A stretch of DNA of 27,687 nt, from the NCBI GenBank assembly GCA_040220235.1, contig JAVJTO010000113.1. One strand, given 5' to 3'. The position numbers and the translations under genes were made by a program. Shown in pieces: positions 26,679-27,687 of this stretch. Source of the DNA: Coleofasciculus sp. B1-GNL1-01 (GTDB lineage Bacteria; Cyanobacteriota; Cyanobacteriia; Cyanobacteriales; Coleofasciculaceae). Numbering within the stretch: position 1 is the first letter of the stretch; every line of letters starts with the position of its first letter. The notes under the pieces were generated by a model, which had not been told where the DNA came from, did not search any database, and saw only the letters and a program-made list of their open reading frames with translations.

Positions 26679-27476
26679 ATGCCAAGCGAGTTAACTGCTG
26701 AGATTCTCAGACAACATTCTGTCAAGGAGCGAAAAGCACTAATTTTAGAACACGCCGCTTTCATTGATGCGACTCACATAAGCGATGAAAAGTTACGTAA
26801 AGCCTATAAGTTAGGGAAAATTATTTCCTCATTATCAAAGGATTATTTTCACTATCAAATTGAACAAAATAATCAATTAGAACAACAATCTCAACTTATT
26901 CAAACGAAAACAGATAATTTTGCAACAAAGTTTATTGACTGGTTAGAAAAAGACTTTAGCAATAAACAAGCAATACTTGATCGGCATCCTAACCCACGCA
27001 ATCTATTTGAGCTATGCGGAGCAAAGTTACTGGTAACAAGCAATTCTGTCACCAGAAGTCTTAGTACAAAAATGGGACGCCTTTGGGAAGAACTATCCAA
27101 CATTAGTCCTTATGTCATTGTACCAGAGTTTGAGTTTGACATTAAAATCACTGGTATTGATATCATCATTTTTTCAAACGAAACAGTTTATCTTGCACAG
27201 TTAAAAACTCTAAAAGGGACATTAACAGGCTCCCAAAAAAATAGAGCGGAAAAGGAGTTAAGTATTCATGAAAACCCCCTATTCGTAGCTGCCTTTGATT
27301 TGGGTCAATGGACATTCTCAAATAGCAGTCAAATTCCTCGAATCGCAGGTTCAGAATTTTGGCAGAAGATTTGTATGGATTATAATCTTGTTGAAAACCA
27401 TGTCAGAACCATGTTGCAGAAAATTGACAAGGCTTTCTCTCAATTGGCTGCCAGCGAAACTTCAAATAATTCTTAA
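26679..27476 (+). CDS. Putative type II restriction endonuclease-like PD-(D/E)XK protein
   Basis: 'SLSTKMGRLWEEL', 'GIDIII', 'YLAQLKT...TLTGS', 'GSEFWQKI'. Visibly AT-rich with no HIP1. The ATG at 26679 is preferred over the TTG at 26598. Confidence 0.6.
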   Translation: MPSELTAEILRQHSVKERKALILEHAAFIDATHISDEKLRKAYKLGKIISSLSKDYFHYQIEQNNQLEQQSQLIQTKTDNFATKFIDWLEKDFSNKQAILDRHPNPRNLFELCGAKLLVTSNSVTRSLSTKMGRLWEELSNISPYVIVPEFEFDIKITGIDIIIFSNETVYLAQLKTLKGTLTGSQKNRAEKELSIHENPLFVAAFDLGQWTFSNSSQIPRIAGSEFWQKICMDYNLVENHVRTMLQKIDKAFSQLAASETSNNS

Positions 27477-27550
27477 TTTGATTAATCAGTGCAGTTATTT
27501 GATACAAAAGCTAATCTTAGCCTTTTTGGGTCACTGCTCTGTCAATGGTT

Positions 27551-27687
27551 TAATCTGAAGTTCCCCTTTGACAAATCGCTACACTGTATGCCTATCCAGA
27601 CTTAGGGCGATTTCACTTTCGGCTTCACTGGGTACATATTAGGCTGACACCCAACAAATCTAAAGCCTTCCTTTGTACCGGAGTCGG
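27551..27687 (-). mobile_element. 3' end of a probable IS1634-family element (runs off the window)
   Basis: Minus strand 27687-27625 reads ...PTPVQRKALDLLGVSLICTQ*, resembling IS1634-type transposase C-termini. A putative end motif GGGGAACTTCAGATTA follows at about 27566-27551. The partner TIR is outside the window. Confidence 0.6.

Overview
This window comes from a cyanobacterial chromosome, probably a filamentous Oscillatoriales/Coleofasciculus-like strain. The evidence is 21 HIP1 octamers (GCGATCGC) counted by eye, chlM, psb28, heptamer STRRs, GC-rich short dispersed repeats and PEP-CTERM proteins. Housekeeping genes (chlM, tRNA-Glu, moaB/mogA, psb28, trpS, metF) alternate with accessory DNA. 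The best candidate for an undescribed system is a co-oriented three-gene cluster at 4268-8652 (-). It encodes a dynamin-like GTPase, a second TRAFAC-type GTPase and a C-terminally membrane-anchored protein, with a vWA gene further downstream. It lies back-to-back with a decaying defence islet (hsdM fragment, YhcG/DUF1016 nuclease, frameshifted PD-(D/E)XK nuclease fragment, orphan MNT). An IS4-family element (28-bp perfect TIRs, 9-bp TSD) sits at the centre of a multi-level nest of small palindromic repeats. The right end carries an FG-GAP/Calx-beta/RTX surface protein and a PEP-CTERM protein. It ends in a patchwork of a hoxH fragment, a truncated Uma2 gene, a type II REase-like gene and the 3' end of a probable IS1634-type element. 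All calls are by motif recognition only; no database searches were run.
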